Source: an uncultured Chloroflexia bacterium (GTDB lineage: Bacteria > Chloroflexota > Anaerolineae > Anaerolineales > Anaerolineaceae). Taken from it: a stretch of DNA of 32,000 nucleotides. A program made the translations under genes and the position numbers. The DNA lies in NCBI GenBank assembly GCA_963704755.1, contig OY969938.1, forward strand, positions 750,001-782,000. The letters are read 5' to 3'. Shown here in pieces: positions 16,573 to 25,045 of the stretch. Within the stretch, counting starts at the first letter, position 1. Every line of letters starts with the position of its first letter. The notes beneath the pieces were generated by a model that did no database searches, was not told the origin of the DNA, and worked only from the letters and a program-made list of their open reading frames with translations.

Positions 16573-17337
16573 ATGATTGAACTTACCTTGAATGCGGCAG
16601 CCGAAAAGGCTGCCGATTTAATTAAACAGGCTCACAAGGTAGTTGCCATCACCGGAGCGGGTATTTCCACCCCCTCGGGCATTCCAGACTTCCGCTCGGC
16701 CGGGTCCGGCCTGTGGACCCACGAGGACCCGATGCAAGTAGCTTCGCTATCGGCGTTCCGCTACCGGCCCGAGAAGTTCTTCGACTGGCTGCGTCCCCTG
16801 GCGCGTAAATTTCTCAGCGCTGAACCCAACCCGGCGCACCTGGCCCTGGCGAAAATGGAGGCCAACGGCTTCCTTTCTGCGCTGGTGACCCAAAACATCG
16901 ACAGCCTGCACCAACGCGCCGGATCGCACAACGTGGTCGAATTACACGGCACAGCCGCCAGCCTGACCTGCCCAAAATGCCGTTCGCATTATTCGATATC
17001 GGAATTTATCGAGGTTTTTCTCGAACAGGAAAATATTCCTCACTGCCCCAGGTGCCAGGCCATCCTGAAACCAGACATCGTTCTTTTCGAAGAGCTGCTG
17101 CCGGTAGCTGCATGGCAATTTGCGGAAGATTACTGCTCCCAGGCCGATTTAATCCTGGTGGTGGGCAGTTCGCTGGAGGTCACTCCGGCCGCACATTTGC
17201 CCCTCTACGGCCTGGAGCGGGGCGCCAAACTGATGATTAATACCTTTTCCTCTACCTACCTGGATGAGCGTGCCGACCTGCTCCTGCCATTCGACGTGGC
17301 GGCAATCATGCCTGCCATCAGCGACCGGCTGAGTTGA
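16573..17337 (+). CDS. cobB: NAD-dependent protein deacylase (Sir2/CobB family sirtuin)
   Basis: Motifs present: ITGAGISTPSGIPDFRS, QNIDSLHQRAG, catalytic VVELHG, and zinc ribbon CPKC...CPRC. Confidence 0.9.
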   Translation: MIELTLNAAAEKAADLIKQAHKVVAITGAGISTPSGIPDFRSAGSGLWTHEDPMQVASLSAFRYRPEKFFDWLRPLARKFLSAEPNPAHLALAKMEANGFLSALVTQNIDSLHQRAGSHNVVELHGTAASLTCPKCRSHYSISEFIEVFLEQENIPHCPRCQAILKPDIVLFEELLPVAAWQFAEDYCSQADLILVVGSSLEVTPAAHLPLYGLERGAKLMINTFSSTYLDERADLLLPFDVAAIMPAISDRLS

Positions 17338-19089
17338 TCAACGGGCGCCGCGCCGGCCGAACTGGCGCTCGAGCAAATCGACCGACAGGTGGATCATGGT
17401 CGGGCGTCCATGCGGACAGGTGCGCGGCGAGCGGCAGGCTTCCAGGTCACGGATCAGGGTTTTCTGTTCGTCACTGGAAAGTGTCTTGCCGGCTTTGACA
17501 GCCGCCCGTTTACACACCCGGGCGATAATACGCTCCTCCACTTCATTCTGGAGCGGAGTTTCGTCTTCCTCGAAGTCCTCAACCACCACCCGCACCGCGG
17601 CTTCCGGGTCCATCCCGGTCAGAAGTGCCGGTATCGCCCGGATACGGAACGTATTCGGGCCAAACTCCTCGACTTCGAAGCCAATCTGGTTGAGCAGAAC
17701 AAGCTGTCCCAATAAGAGTTGGGAACCGGCGGGCGGCAGAGTGATGGTAATGGCCTCCAAAAGCTGCTGGGCAGGAACAGTCTTGCTGCGTTGGGCCAGG
17801 AATCGCTCGAACAAAACCCGCTCGTGAGCGGCATGTTGATCGATCAGGTAAAGGCCATCCGGGCCTTCGGCCACCAGATAAGCCGCCCCTACCTGGCCAA
17901 TCGGCCGCAGCAGGGGCATCTGGCCGCCCGGCAAGACCGGCTGGTCCGGCAGCTCGCGTGGATTATTTTCGATCCCGCTCTCCTCGCGGTTTGCGCCGAC
18001 TTCACCATCTTGCAAATCACCGGCCATTTCCCAGGCAGGGTCGATCAGGCGGGTCTGGCTGGGCGTGGTCTGCCAGTAGGTGTTGTTGAGCTGGGGTGTG
18101 GGCGAATAGGCCAGCAGGGCCCGCCGGACCGCTCGCTGGACGGCAGAAAACACCTTATCCGGCTGGCGGAAGCGTACTTCGGCCTTGGCAGGATGGACGT
18201 TGACATCCACGTCTTCCGGATCGATTTGCACGAATAATGCGGCGATCGGGTAGCGCCCGACCATCAACAAGGTGTGGTATGCCTGGAGCAGAGCCGCATT
18301 CAGAGCCGTTTCCTGCACCCAGCGTCCATTGACAAAAAATGTGATTTCACGGCGGTTGGATCGGGTCAACCCCACCGGGCTGATGAACCCCTCGACCTGG
18401 ATGCCCTCGTCGCTCAAATCCACTTCCAGCATCTGGCGGGCGATCTCCGGCCCAAACAGCGCCGCTAAAATTTCTTTACGATCACCGTTTCCGCTGGTCT
18501 GTAATACCGTTTTTCCGTCCTGGGTGAGCTTCATCCGCACCTGCGGATATGCCAGGGCATAGCGCGTCACCAGGTTGTTGATCTGGTTCCGTTCGGTCAC
18601 ATCCGTTTTGAGAAATTTAAGCCGGGCCGGGACGTTGTAGAACAGGTCCTCCACCCGCACGACCGTGCCGGACGGGACGCCGACTTTATCGACACTGGCA
18701 ATTTTCCCGCCCTCGACGATCAATTTGCCGCCAATGGACTGGTCTTTGGATTGGGATATGACTGCCATGCGCGAGACCGAGCCGATCGAGGCCAGCGCCT
18801 CACCCCGAAAGCCCAGCGAACGGATTTGGAAGAGGTCCTCCGCATTGCGGAGTTTACTGGTGGCATGCCGGGCCACAGCCAGGGTGAGCTCTTCGGCCGG
18901 GATTCCGATGCCGTCGTCGCTAATCTCGATCAACTGGCGGCCGGCTCCCTCTACCCGCACCTCGATGTGGCTGGCGCGGCCGTCCAGCGCGTTTTCGATC
19001 AGCTCTTTGACGACGGACGCGGGCCGCTCGACCACCTCGCCGGCGGCGATCTGGGATGCTACCTCGTCCGCTAGAATCTGTATGGACAC
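17338..19089 (-). CDS. mutL: DNA mismatch repair protein MutL
   Basis: GTG start with AAGAGG 6 nt upstream. The N-terminus reads SIQILADEVASQIAAGEVVERPASVVKELIENALDG (GHKL ATPase). The C-terminal dimerisation/endonuclease region is present. Confidence 0.95.
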   Translation of the reverse strand: MSIQILADEVASQIAAGEVVERPASVVKELIENALDGRASHIEVRVEGAGRQLIEISDDGIGIPAEELTLAVARHATSKLRNAEDLFQIRSLGFRGEALASIGSVSRMAVISQSKDQSIGGKLIVEGGKIASVDKVGVPSGTVVRVEDLFYNVPARLKFLKTDVTERNQINNLVTRYALAYPQVRMKLTQDGKTVLQTSGNGDRKEILAALFGPEIARQMLEVDLSDEGIQVEGFISPVGLTRSNRREITFFVNGRWVQETALNAALLQAYHTLLMVGRYPIAALFVQIDPEDVDVNVHPAKAEVRFRQPDKVFSAVQRAVRRALLAYSPTPQLNNTYWQTTPSQTRLIDPAWEMAGDLQDGEVGANREESGIENNPRELPDQPVLPGGQMPLLRPIGQVGAAYLVAEGPDGLYLIDQHAAHERVLFERFLAQRSKTVPAQQLLEAITITLPPAGSQLLLGQLVLLNQIGFEVEEFGPNTFRIRAIPALLTGMDPEAAVRVVVEDFEEDETPLQNEVEERIIARVCKRAAVKAGKTLSSDEQKTLIRDLEACRSPRTCPHGRPTMIHLSVDLLERQFGRRGAR

Positions 19090-19290
19090 ATAAACCTCTT
19101 TCCCTCGTGGCTGCCCGGTCTCGTGTTTGATGCTCCTGGAAAGGATGGATTTACTGAGGAAAATCAGCGGAAAATCTATCCATACCCGGTCATTTTAACG
19201 GTCCGGCAGGGCCGATCGCTTTGTAATAATAAAAAAACGCCTTAGCTGCTAACCTTTTCGGCGGGATGTATTCTCGATTATACTCAAAAG

Positions 19291-19959
19291 ATGAAACCGG
19301 ATATCCTGATCTTCGACCTCGACGACACCCTATACCAACCCGAGACCGGGATGTGGGAACAGATTGGAAAACGGATTGACCTGTTTATCCAGGAGCGCCT
19401 GGGAGCACCGCCCGGCAACCCGCTGCGCAAAGACCTGTTCCAGCGTTACGGCACGACCATGCGCGGTCTGGTCGCCGAGTACGGCATTGACACCCAGGAC
19501 TATCTTAAATTCGTCCATGATGTGCCGGTCGCCCAAATTTTAGCCCCCAACCCAGGCCTAAAAAAGGCCTTGGAGCAAATTCCGATCCCCAAAATGATCC
19601 TGACCAATTCGGACCGGCCGCACGCAACCCGGGTGACCAGCGCCTTGGGGATCTATGATTGTTTCGAAAAAATCGTCGATATCAACGACCTGAACCCGTA
19701 TTGCAAACCGCAAAATGAGGCTTATCACAAAGCCCTGCAGCTCTTGGGCAACCCGGCGCCTCAAAAATGTATTCTCTTCGAAGATTCGGCCCAAAACATC
19801 GCCGCGGCGCAGGGATTGGGCTTTGTCACCGTCCAGGTCAACCACAAGGGGCAGCGCGCAGATAGCGATTTCCGCCTGGAAACCATCGACCAACTGGCCA
19901 GTTTGTTTACCCCCGATTTTTCGGTTATTCCGCGCGGTTTTCAGGATCGCCGGCTTTGA
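19291..19959 (+). CDS. HAD-superfamily hydrolase, pyrimidine 5'-nucleotidase-like (subfamily IA)
   Basis: Motif I is ILIFDLDDTLY, motif II is ILTNSD, and motif III/IV is KP...ILFEDSAQNI. Confidence 0.85.
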   Translation: MKPDILIFDLDDTLYQPETGMWEQIGKRIDLFIQERLGAPPGNPLRKDLFQRYGTTMRGLVAEYGIDTQDYLKFVHDVPVAQILAPNPGLKKALEQIPIPKMILTNSDRPHATRVTSALGIYDCFEKIVDINDLNPYCKPQNEAYHKALQLLGNPAPQKCILFEDSAQNIAAAQGLGFVTVQVNHKGQRADSDFRLETIDQLASLFTPDFSVIPRGFQDRRL

Positions 19960-20026
19960 TTGGTTTGCCGCAGCTTTGCCCCCCAAACAATTCAAATCCA
20001 GAGGTCATGAATAGTCAGCATATTTT

Positions 20027-20143
20027 GAGGGTGTCGAAAAACGCCTTCAGGTGAAGAAATATGGACATGTGGGGGCGCGGCTTCGCCGCGCCCCCACATG
20101 TCCCCCAATCATTTGCCAATAGGCGATTTTTATAAACGACCTC
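20027..20143 (-). repeat. Repeat family R1, copy B (inverted relative to copy A), flanked by a 7-bp direct repeat
   Basis: GAGGGTGTCGAAAAACGCC...[perfect 19-bp hairpin 20063-20081 / TTC / 20085-20103: GGACATGTGGGGGCGCGGC]...GGCGATTTTTATAAACGACCTC. ATATTTT occurs immediately outside both ends (20020-20026 and 20144-20150). Confidence 0.7.
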
Positions 20144-20252
20144 ATATTTTCATACTCGCTTAACTAAGATATGATAGGTTATACGTTGAAATAATCTATA
20201 ATTTGTGGCTACTCAGGCTCCTGTTAAGAAGTTCCCGAAGGGAGGCTGTTTG

Positions 20253-20303
20253 ATGTTTGGCAAGCGGCATCGTCGCTCCCCAAACATCAAGCTCCTCTCC
20301 TGA
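20253..20303 (+). other. Candidate 16-codon leader ORF (MFGKRHRRSPNIKLLS) in the 5' leader of the S41 protease gene
   Basis: GGAGG at 20241-20245, a 7-nt spacer, then ATG at 20253. The start codon sits in an 11-bp stem and the stop sits in a second 7-bp stem. It is too short for the ORF track. Confidence 0.25.
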
Positions 20304-20358
20304 AAGGAATACATTTTCAGGAAAGTCAAATATTATTGGCGGAAATCAGGAGTAACTG

Positions 20359-21645
20359 ATGGAATCAAAGCCTTTAAGAATTGTATTAATCGTTATCCTG
20401 GTCATGTTGGGGGTTGGGATCAGTTTTACGGGCGGTTTAGTCGCCGGATACACTTTACCCCACGATGTAAGCCTGAGCCTGCCTTCTTTCCTCGTTCCCC
20501 AGCCCACCTCGCCGGCTATTCCAACTCCGCAGGGACAGGAACAGCAATCTACCGCAACAACTTCGACCCAAGACCTGACCACGCTTTTCCAGCCGTTCTG
20601 GCAGGCCTGGGACCTGGTTCACCAGGAGTACGTCAACCAGCCTGTGGATGACGAGAAATTGATGCAGGGCGCCATCAGTGGGATGCTCAATTCGTTGGGC
20701 GACCCCTACACCGGTTACCTGGATCCTTTCGAATATCAGCAGGCCAATGCCCCTCTGATCGGTGATTATGATGGCATCGGTGCCTGGGTCGATACGACCG
20801 GCGACTACCTGACCATTACCAGCACGATGGACGGCTCACCGGCCGAGAAAGCCGGCTTGAAGACCGGAGACGAAATTACCGCCGTGGATGGCCAGGACAT
20901 GAAAGGCCAGGACCCCAATATCGTCCTGCGCAAAGTCCTTGGACCTGCCGGAACCAGCGTAACCCTGACGATCCTGCGCGAGGGCCAAACCACACCCTTC
21001 GATGTGACCCTGGTCCGGGCCAACATCAAGATCACGCTCGTCAGTGGTAAAATGCTGGACAATAATATTGCCTACGTTAAGGTTCTGCAATTCGGCCAAA
21101 ACACCGACCAGGACCTGCGCAATGAACTGAAGACTCTGCTCGCCCAAAACCCGGATGGCCTGATCCTGGACCTGCGGGATGACCCGGGTGGGTTCCTCGA
21201 CACGGCCATCAACATCATCTCACAATTCATACCCAAAGGCACGGTCATGTACGAAGAGCACAGTGACGGCAGCCGGACTCCCTACGAGGCCCGCGCCGGC
21301 GGCCTGGCCACCAACATTCCCATGGTGGTGCTGGTCAACAAGGGGTCTGCATCCGCCTCCGAGATAACCGCCGGGGCATTGCAGGACCTGGGTCGAGCTC
21401 CCCTGGTTGGGGTAACCACCTACGGTAAGGGCTCGGTGCAAACCTGGACCGAACTGAGCAACAACGAAGGCGCGGTGAAGATCACCATCGCCCACTGGTT
21501 GACCCCCAAAGGAACCCAGATCAATGGAGTGGGCCTTACACCCGACTACGTGGTCGAGATGACCGATCAGGACATCCAGAACAACCTCGACCCGCAGCTC
21601 GCCAAGGCTGAACAGGTGCTTCAGAACGAGATTTCACAACCCTGA
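20359..21645 (+). CDS. Carboxyl-terminal processing protease (S41 family, Ctp/Prc-like) with PDZ domain
   Basis: AGGAG lies 6 nt upstream. It has an N-terminal TM and a PDZ domain (DGSPAEKAGLKTGDEITAVDGQDM). Catalytic motifs are LILDLRDDPGG, the nucleophile region VNKGSASASEI, and TYGKGSVQ. Confidence 0.9.
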   Translation: MESKPLRIVLIVILVMLGVGISFTGGLVAGYTLPHDVSLSLPSFLVPQPTSPAIPTPQGQEQQSTATTSTQDLTTLFQPFWQAWDLVHQEYVNQPVDDEKLMQGAISGMLNSLGDPYTGYLDPFEYQQANAPLIGDYDGIGAWVDTTGDYLTITSTMDGSPAEKAGLKTGDEITAVDGQDMKGQDPNIVLRKVLGPAGTSVTLTILREGQTTPFDVTLVRANIKITLVSGKMLDNNIAYVKVLQFGQNTDQDLRNELKTLLAQNPDGLILDLRDDPGGFLDTAINIISQFIPKGTVMYEEHSDGSRTPYEARAGGLATNIPMVVLVNKGSASASEITAGALQDLGRAPLVGVTTYGKGSVQTWTELSNNEGAVKITIAHWLTPKGTQINGVGLTPDYVVEMTDQDIQNNLDPQLAKAEQVLQNEISQP

Positions 21646-21730
21646 TCCGCCTGGAAACCTTCGGCCAGGTTGAACCGATTGTCCCAGGTATAAACAGGCT
21701 CTCCACAAGAAAACGTGAGGTTTCAGGAAC

Positions 21731-22882
21731 ATGACCTGGAAAAGGTTGATTTACCTTCTTGTCACCGTAGCGCTGGCCTTTGTCGCGGCCGTCTTAGGAG
21801 CGGTCGGCGGCGGGACAGCCGTTTATACTTATCTAAAAAGCCAGCCAACCGCGACGGCAGCCCCTTCTTTGGCCGGTTCTGGCCTGCCTAACCCAAATGC
21901 AACCGCTGAGACCACGGTGAAGATCGATACCACCCAGATCGACACCACCATAACCCAGGTTGTTTCCCAGGTCGGCCCCGCCGTGGTCACGGTGATATCC
22001 ACCCTCCCCAACCAGACCACTTTCTTTGGGGTCGCATCCGGCGGCGAAGAAACCGGCAGTGGTTTTATTATCTCCAAAGACGGCTATATCATTACCAACA
22101 ACCACGTCATCGAGAACGCCCAGTCCATCCAGGTCGATTTTCTGGATGGCACCGAAACGACCGCCAAGCTGGTGGGCGCCGATCAGTTTTCCGACCTGGC
22201 CGTCTTGAAAGTGGATGGCACCATGCCCGGGGTGATCCCCCTGGGCGATTCGGACCTGCTGCAGCCGGGTGAGACAGTCATCGCGATCGGCTCGCCCCTG
22301 GGTGACTTCAAGAATTCCGTGACCACCGGGGTCATTTCGGCCACCGGCCGCACCATCGACACAGGCAACGGCTATTCGATGGAAGGGTTGCTGCAGACCG
22401 ATGCAGCCATCAACAATGGTAATTCCGGCGGGCCGTTGGTTGACCTGGTCGGAGAAGTGATCGGGGTCAACACCCTGATCGTACGCAATAACAGCAACGG
22501 CGGCTATGTCGAAGGGTTGGGCTTTGCCATCCCCTCGAACACCGTCAATATCATTTCCAATGAGTTGATCAAAAATGGTTTCGTTTCCCGGCCGTATGTC
22601 GGTATCAGTTACCAGCCGATCAACCCGACTATCGCCCAGCGCTACAACCTTACAGTGCAATGGGGCATTTATGTTTCGGATGTGGCTGCCAATAGTCCCG
22701 CCGATTCCGCAGGAATTAAAACCGGCGATATAATAACCAAGATCGGTGGGACACCTATCGACGAACAACACCCGTATTTGAATACCTTATTCAATTTCAC
22801 ACCTAACCAGGTGATTTCGATTGAATTGGTTCGCAATGGGAAAGTTCTTGAGGTGTCCTTGAAACTTGGCGAATCTCGCTAA
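21731..22882 (+). CDS. htrA: HtrA/DegP-family trypsin-like serine protease with one PDZ domain
   Basis: N-terminal TM is present. The catalytic triad contexts are ITNNHVI (His), DLAVLKV (Asp) and GNSGGPL (Ser). The PDZ domain reads SPADSAGIKTGDIITKIGGTPI. Confidence 0.9.
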   Translation: MTWKRLIYLLVTVALAFVAAVLGAVGGGTAVYTYLKSQPTATAAPSLAGSGLPNPNATAETTVKIDTTQIDTTITQVVSQVGPAVVTVISTLPNQTTFFGVASGGEETGSGFIISKDGYIITNNHVIENAQSIQVDFLDGTETTAKLVGADQFSDLAVLKVDGTMPGVIPLGDSDLLQPGETVIAIGSPLGDFKNSVTTGVISATGRTIDTGNGYSMEGLLQTDAAINNGNSGGPLVDLVGEVIGVNTLIVRNNSNGGYVEGLGFAIPSNTVNIISNELIKNGFVSRPYVGISYQPINPTIAQRYNLTVQWGIYVSDVAANSPADSAGIKTGDIITKIGGTPIDEQHPYLNTLFNFTPNQVISIELVRNGKVLEVSLKLGESR

Positions 22883-22917
22883 ACGTTCCAACCACCATCC
22901 TGAGGTTTTCCCATCGA

Positions 22918-23907
22918 ATGAAGAAATTCTTTGCCGCTGTCATCCTACTCCTGGGGATCCTTTTCGTAATCAGTCGATTTACACAGCTAAAAGAAGTTGC
23001 CCGGGTCTTATCCAACGGAAATATGTTCATCATCCTGGCCGCAATCCTGGCCCAGTTTTTATGGTTCGTCGTACAGGGTTGTACTTTTCGAGCGACATTT
23101 GCCATGGTTGGTGTAGAGAAAAAGCTGCCACCTTTGGTTCACCTGGTCACGGCGGTCAACTTCGTCAACCTGGTTGCCCCCAGCGCGGGCATGAGCGGGA
23201 TGGCAGTGTTCTATCACGATGCTCAACGCAACGGCCAATCCTCAGCCCGCATCACGGTTGGCAGTGTTCTCTTCCTGATCTTCGATTACATCGGCCTGCT
23301 CTCGGTTATTTTCGTTGGGATGGTAATTCTGGCGTTCAAAGACTCGCTCAGCGCGACGGAGATTATCGCTTACGTGTTCTTCGTATGCCTCACAATCGCT
23401 CTGGTGTGTCTTCTTTACCTGGCATCCAAATCCAAGCAGCGTTTATCGACAGTGCTGAGCTTGCTGGCCAAAATTGCCAACAACCTGACCCATTGGATCA
23501 TCAAAAGGACCCTGGTTACTCCGGAAAAGGTGGACGCTTTTGCCACCGAAATCACCGAAGGCGTTCATGCCCTTGGTTATGTGCGTAAAGGTTGGATCCG
23601 GCCAGCTATATTAACGCTCATCAACAAAAGCCTGCTGATCTCTATCCTGGGGTTGATGTTTCTGGCCTTCGATATTCCCATCAGCCTGACCAGCCTGATC
23701 GCCGGGTTTGGGATCGCCTACCTGTTTGTGATTGTCTCCCCCACCCCGGCCGGCGTTGGTATCGTCGAGGGCATTTTGACCCTGGCATTGAGCAACCTGG
23801 GTATCGCCGTCGAAGCCGCCGCGGTTGTTACCCTGGCATTCCGCGGAATTACCTTCTGGATGCCGCTTGCCATGGGCTTCGTCGCTTTCCGTACCCTGCC
23901 AAAATGA
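22918..23907 (+). CDS. Integral membrane protein, lysylphosphatidylglycerol-synthase TM-region / flippase-like family (UPF0104)
   Basis: 329 aa with about 8 hydrophobic segments. The family-typical SPTPAGVGIVEG motif lies near the C-terminus. Confidence 0.7.
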   Translation: MKKFFAAVILLLGILFVISRFTQLKEVARVLSNGNMFIILAAILAQFLWFVVQGCTFRATFAMVGVEKKLPPLVHLVTAVNFVNLVAPSAGMSGMAVFYHDAQRNGQSSARITVGSVLFLIFDYIGLLSVIFVGMVILAFKDSLSATEIIAYVFFVCLTIALVCLLYLASKSKQRLSTVLSLLAKIANNLTHWIIKRTLVTPEKVDAFATEITEGVHALGYVRKGWIRPAILTLINKSLLISILGLMFLAFDIPISLTSLIAGFGIAYLFVIVSPTPAGVGIVEGILTLALSNLGIAVEAAAVVTLAFRGITFWMPLAMGFVAFRTLPK

Positions 23908-23955
23908 GCGAATCTTTCCTTGAATGAGTATTTTTTAACCCCGTCACCCAGTTAA

Positions 23956-23984
23956 TTGACAGTTCGGGATGGGCGGAGTATAAT
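23956..23984 (+). promoter_or_regulatory. Consensus sigma70 promoter TTGACA-17-TATAAT for the S1-domain gene
   Basis: TTGACA at 23956-23961 and TATAAT at 23979-23984 are separated by exactly 17 nt, 40 nt upstream of the ATG at 24024. Confidence 0.6.
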
Positions 23985-24023
23985 CAACCTTCGCTGAAAT
24001 TTGAACTTTGGGAGTTACGTATT

Positions 24024-24857
24024 ATGGAAAATCCCGTCGTCGTCGAGAAAGACTCGACACAAGAAATCAAGCCGAAGATGCAATTCACCGGAACAGTGTT
24101 GAAAACAACCCTGGCTGGTGCTGTTGTGGGAATTGGCGCAGGTAAGCACGCGGTCATCCACGTCTCGCAAATTGTGGCCCCGGACAACCAGGCTATCAAG
24201 AGCGTCAAAGATGTCCTGCAGGAAGGTCAACAGATTGAGGTTTGGGTTCGTAAAGTCAAGGATGAACGGATCGAATTGACCATGATCAAACCGCTCGATT
24301 TGGAGTGGCGCGATATCAAAAAAGAAATGGTGGTCAAAGGCAAAGTCGTTCGCATCGAATCATTCGGCGTTTTCCTTGACATCGGCGCTGAGCGCCCCGG
24401 TTTAATTCATATCAGTGAACTGGCCCACGGCTATGTTCGCACACCGGGTGATGTGGTCAAAGATGGTGACGAGTTGGAAGCACAGGTTATCGACGTCAAC
24501 AAGAAGAAAAAACAAATCAAGTTGAGTCTGAAAGCCTTGCAGCCGGAACCTGTCCACGAAGTCCAGGATCATATTGCCGAGCCGAAGAAAGACAAACCGG
24601 CCCGTCGCCAACGCAAATCCGGCCGCCGTTCGAAAGACGAATTCTACAACGAGAATCTGGATGAACTGGCCAATCTGACCAACAGCGAGAAAGCTGCCGA
24701 AGCCGAACCGACCGCCATGGAAGTTGCCATGCGTGAGGCGATGGAACGTGCGAAAGCTCGCAAGCAAGAAGACAAGGTCAAAAAGTCTAAAGCTGTTTCG
24801 AATACGCAGGAAGAACTGCTCGCCCGCACCCTGGAACAGAAAACGACCAATTCCTGA
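24024..24857 (+). CDS. S1 RNA-binding domain protein (two S1 domains plus a Lys/Glu-rich tail)
   Basis: S1 motifs are FTGTVLKTTLAGAVVGIGAGKHAVIHVSQI and VKGKVVRIESFGVFLDIGAERPGLIHISELAHGYV...DGDELEAQVIDVNKKKKQIKLSLK. Confidence 0.85.
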   Translation: MENPVVVEKDSTQEIKPKMQFTGTVLKTTLAGAVVGIGAGKHAVIHVSQIVAPDNQAIKSVKDVLQEGQQIEVWVRKVKDERIELTMIKPLDLEWRDIKKEMVVKGKVVRIESFGVFLDIGAERPGLIHISELAHGYVRTPGDVVKDGDELEAQVIDVNKKKKQIKLSLKALQPEPVHEVQDHIAEPKKDKPARRQRKSGRRSKDEFYNENLDELANLTNSEKAAEAEPTAMEVAMREAMERAKARKQEDKVKKSKAVSNTQEELLARTLEQKTTNS

Positions 24858-24888
24858 TTGTTTTCGCTTTCTGTCGGATATCGGTATT

Positions 24889-24908
24889 TCTCGGTTTCCG
24901 AGAGTTTT
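24889..24908 (+). terminator. Weak terminator-like hairpin after the S1-domain gene
   Basis: TCTCGG-TTT-CCGAGA followed by GTTTT. The stem is short and the loop is only 3 nt. Confidence 0.35.
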
Positions 24909-25016
24909 ACAATCGTATTATTGAACCCAGATTGTTATCCGGTTATTTTCCCCATGTTCAACCGGTGTCAACCTGCAAGGTTGTAATCCGGCAGTTTCAG
25001 CGAATTTATAAGGAAT

Positions 25017-25045
25017 AAAAGCCACTACCCCATAGTGGCTTTTTT
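25017..25045. terminator. Bidirectional rho-independent terminator
   Basis: AAAAGCCACTA-CCCCA-TAGTGGCTTTTTT, with an A-run on one side and a T-run on the other. It overlaps the stop (25025-27) of the minus-strand TPR gene. Confidence 0.65.

Noticed and set aside
16573-17337. Sir2 protein as an anti-phage effector (Thoeris ThsA, DSR, SIR2-HerA or pAgo-associated types)
   Set aside because: It is a compact 254-aa canonical sirtuin with the GAGIS..GIPDFR Rossmann motif, catalytic His and a Cys4 zinc ribbon. It has no SLOG, HerA, Argonaute or TIR partner and no long extra domains, so it fits a CobB-type deacylase.
19233-19250. AAAAAAACGCCTTAGCTGC as a solo end of repeat family R1 (compare GAAAAACGCCTTCAGG)
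   Set aside because: The match is only about 14 nt, largely an A-run, with no hairpin or second arm nearby. That is too weak to call without a statistical search.
22866-23588. 240-aa ORF overlapping the start of the LPG-synthase-TM-like gene in another frame
   Set aside because: It is Arg/Pro/Gly/His-rich with no hydrophobic segments. The overlapping frame (22918..23907) gives a coherent multi-TM protein with a family motif.
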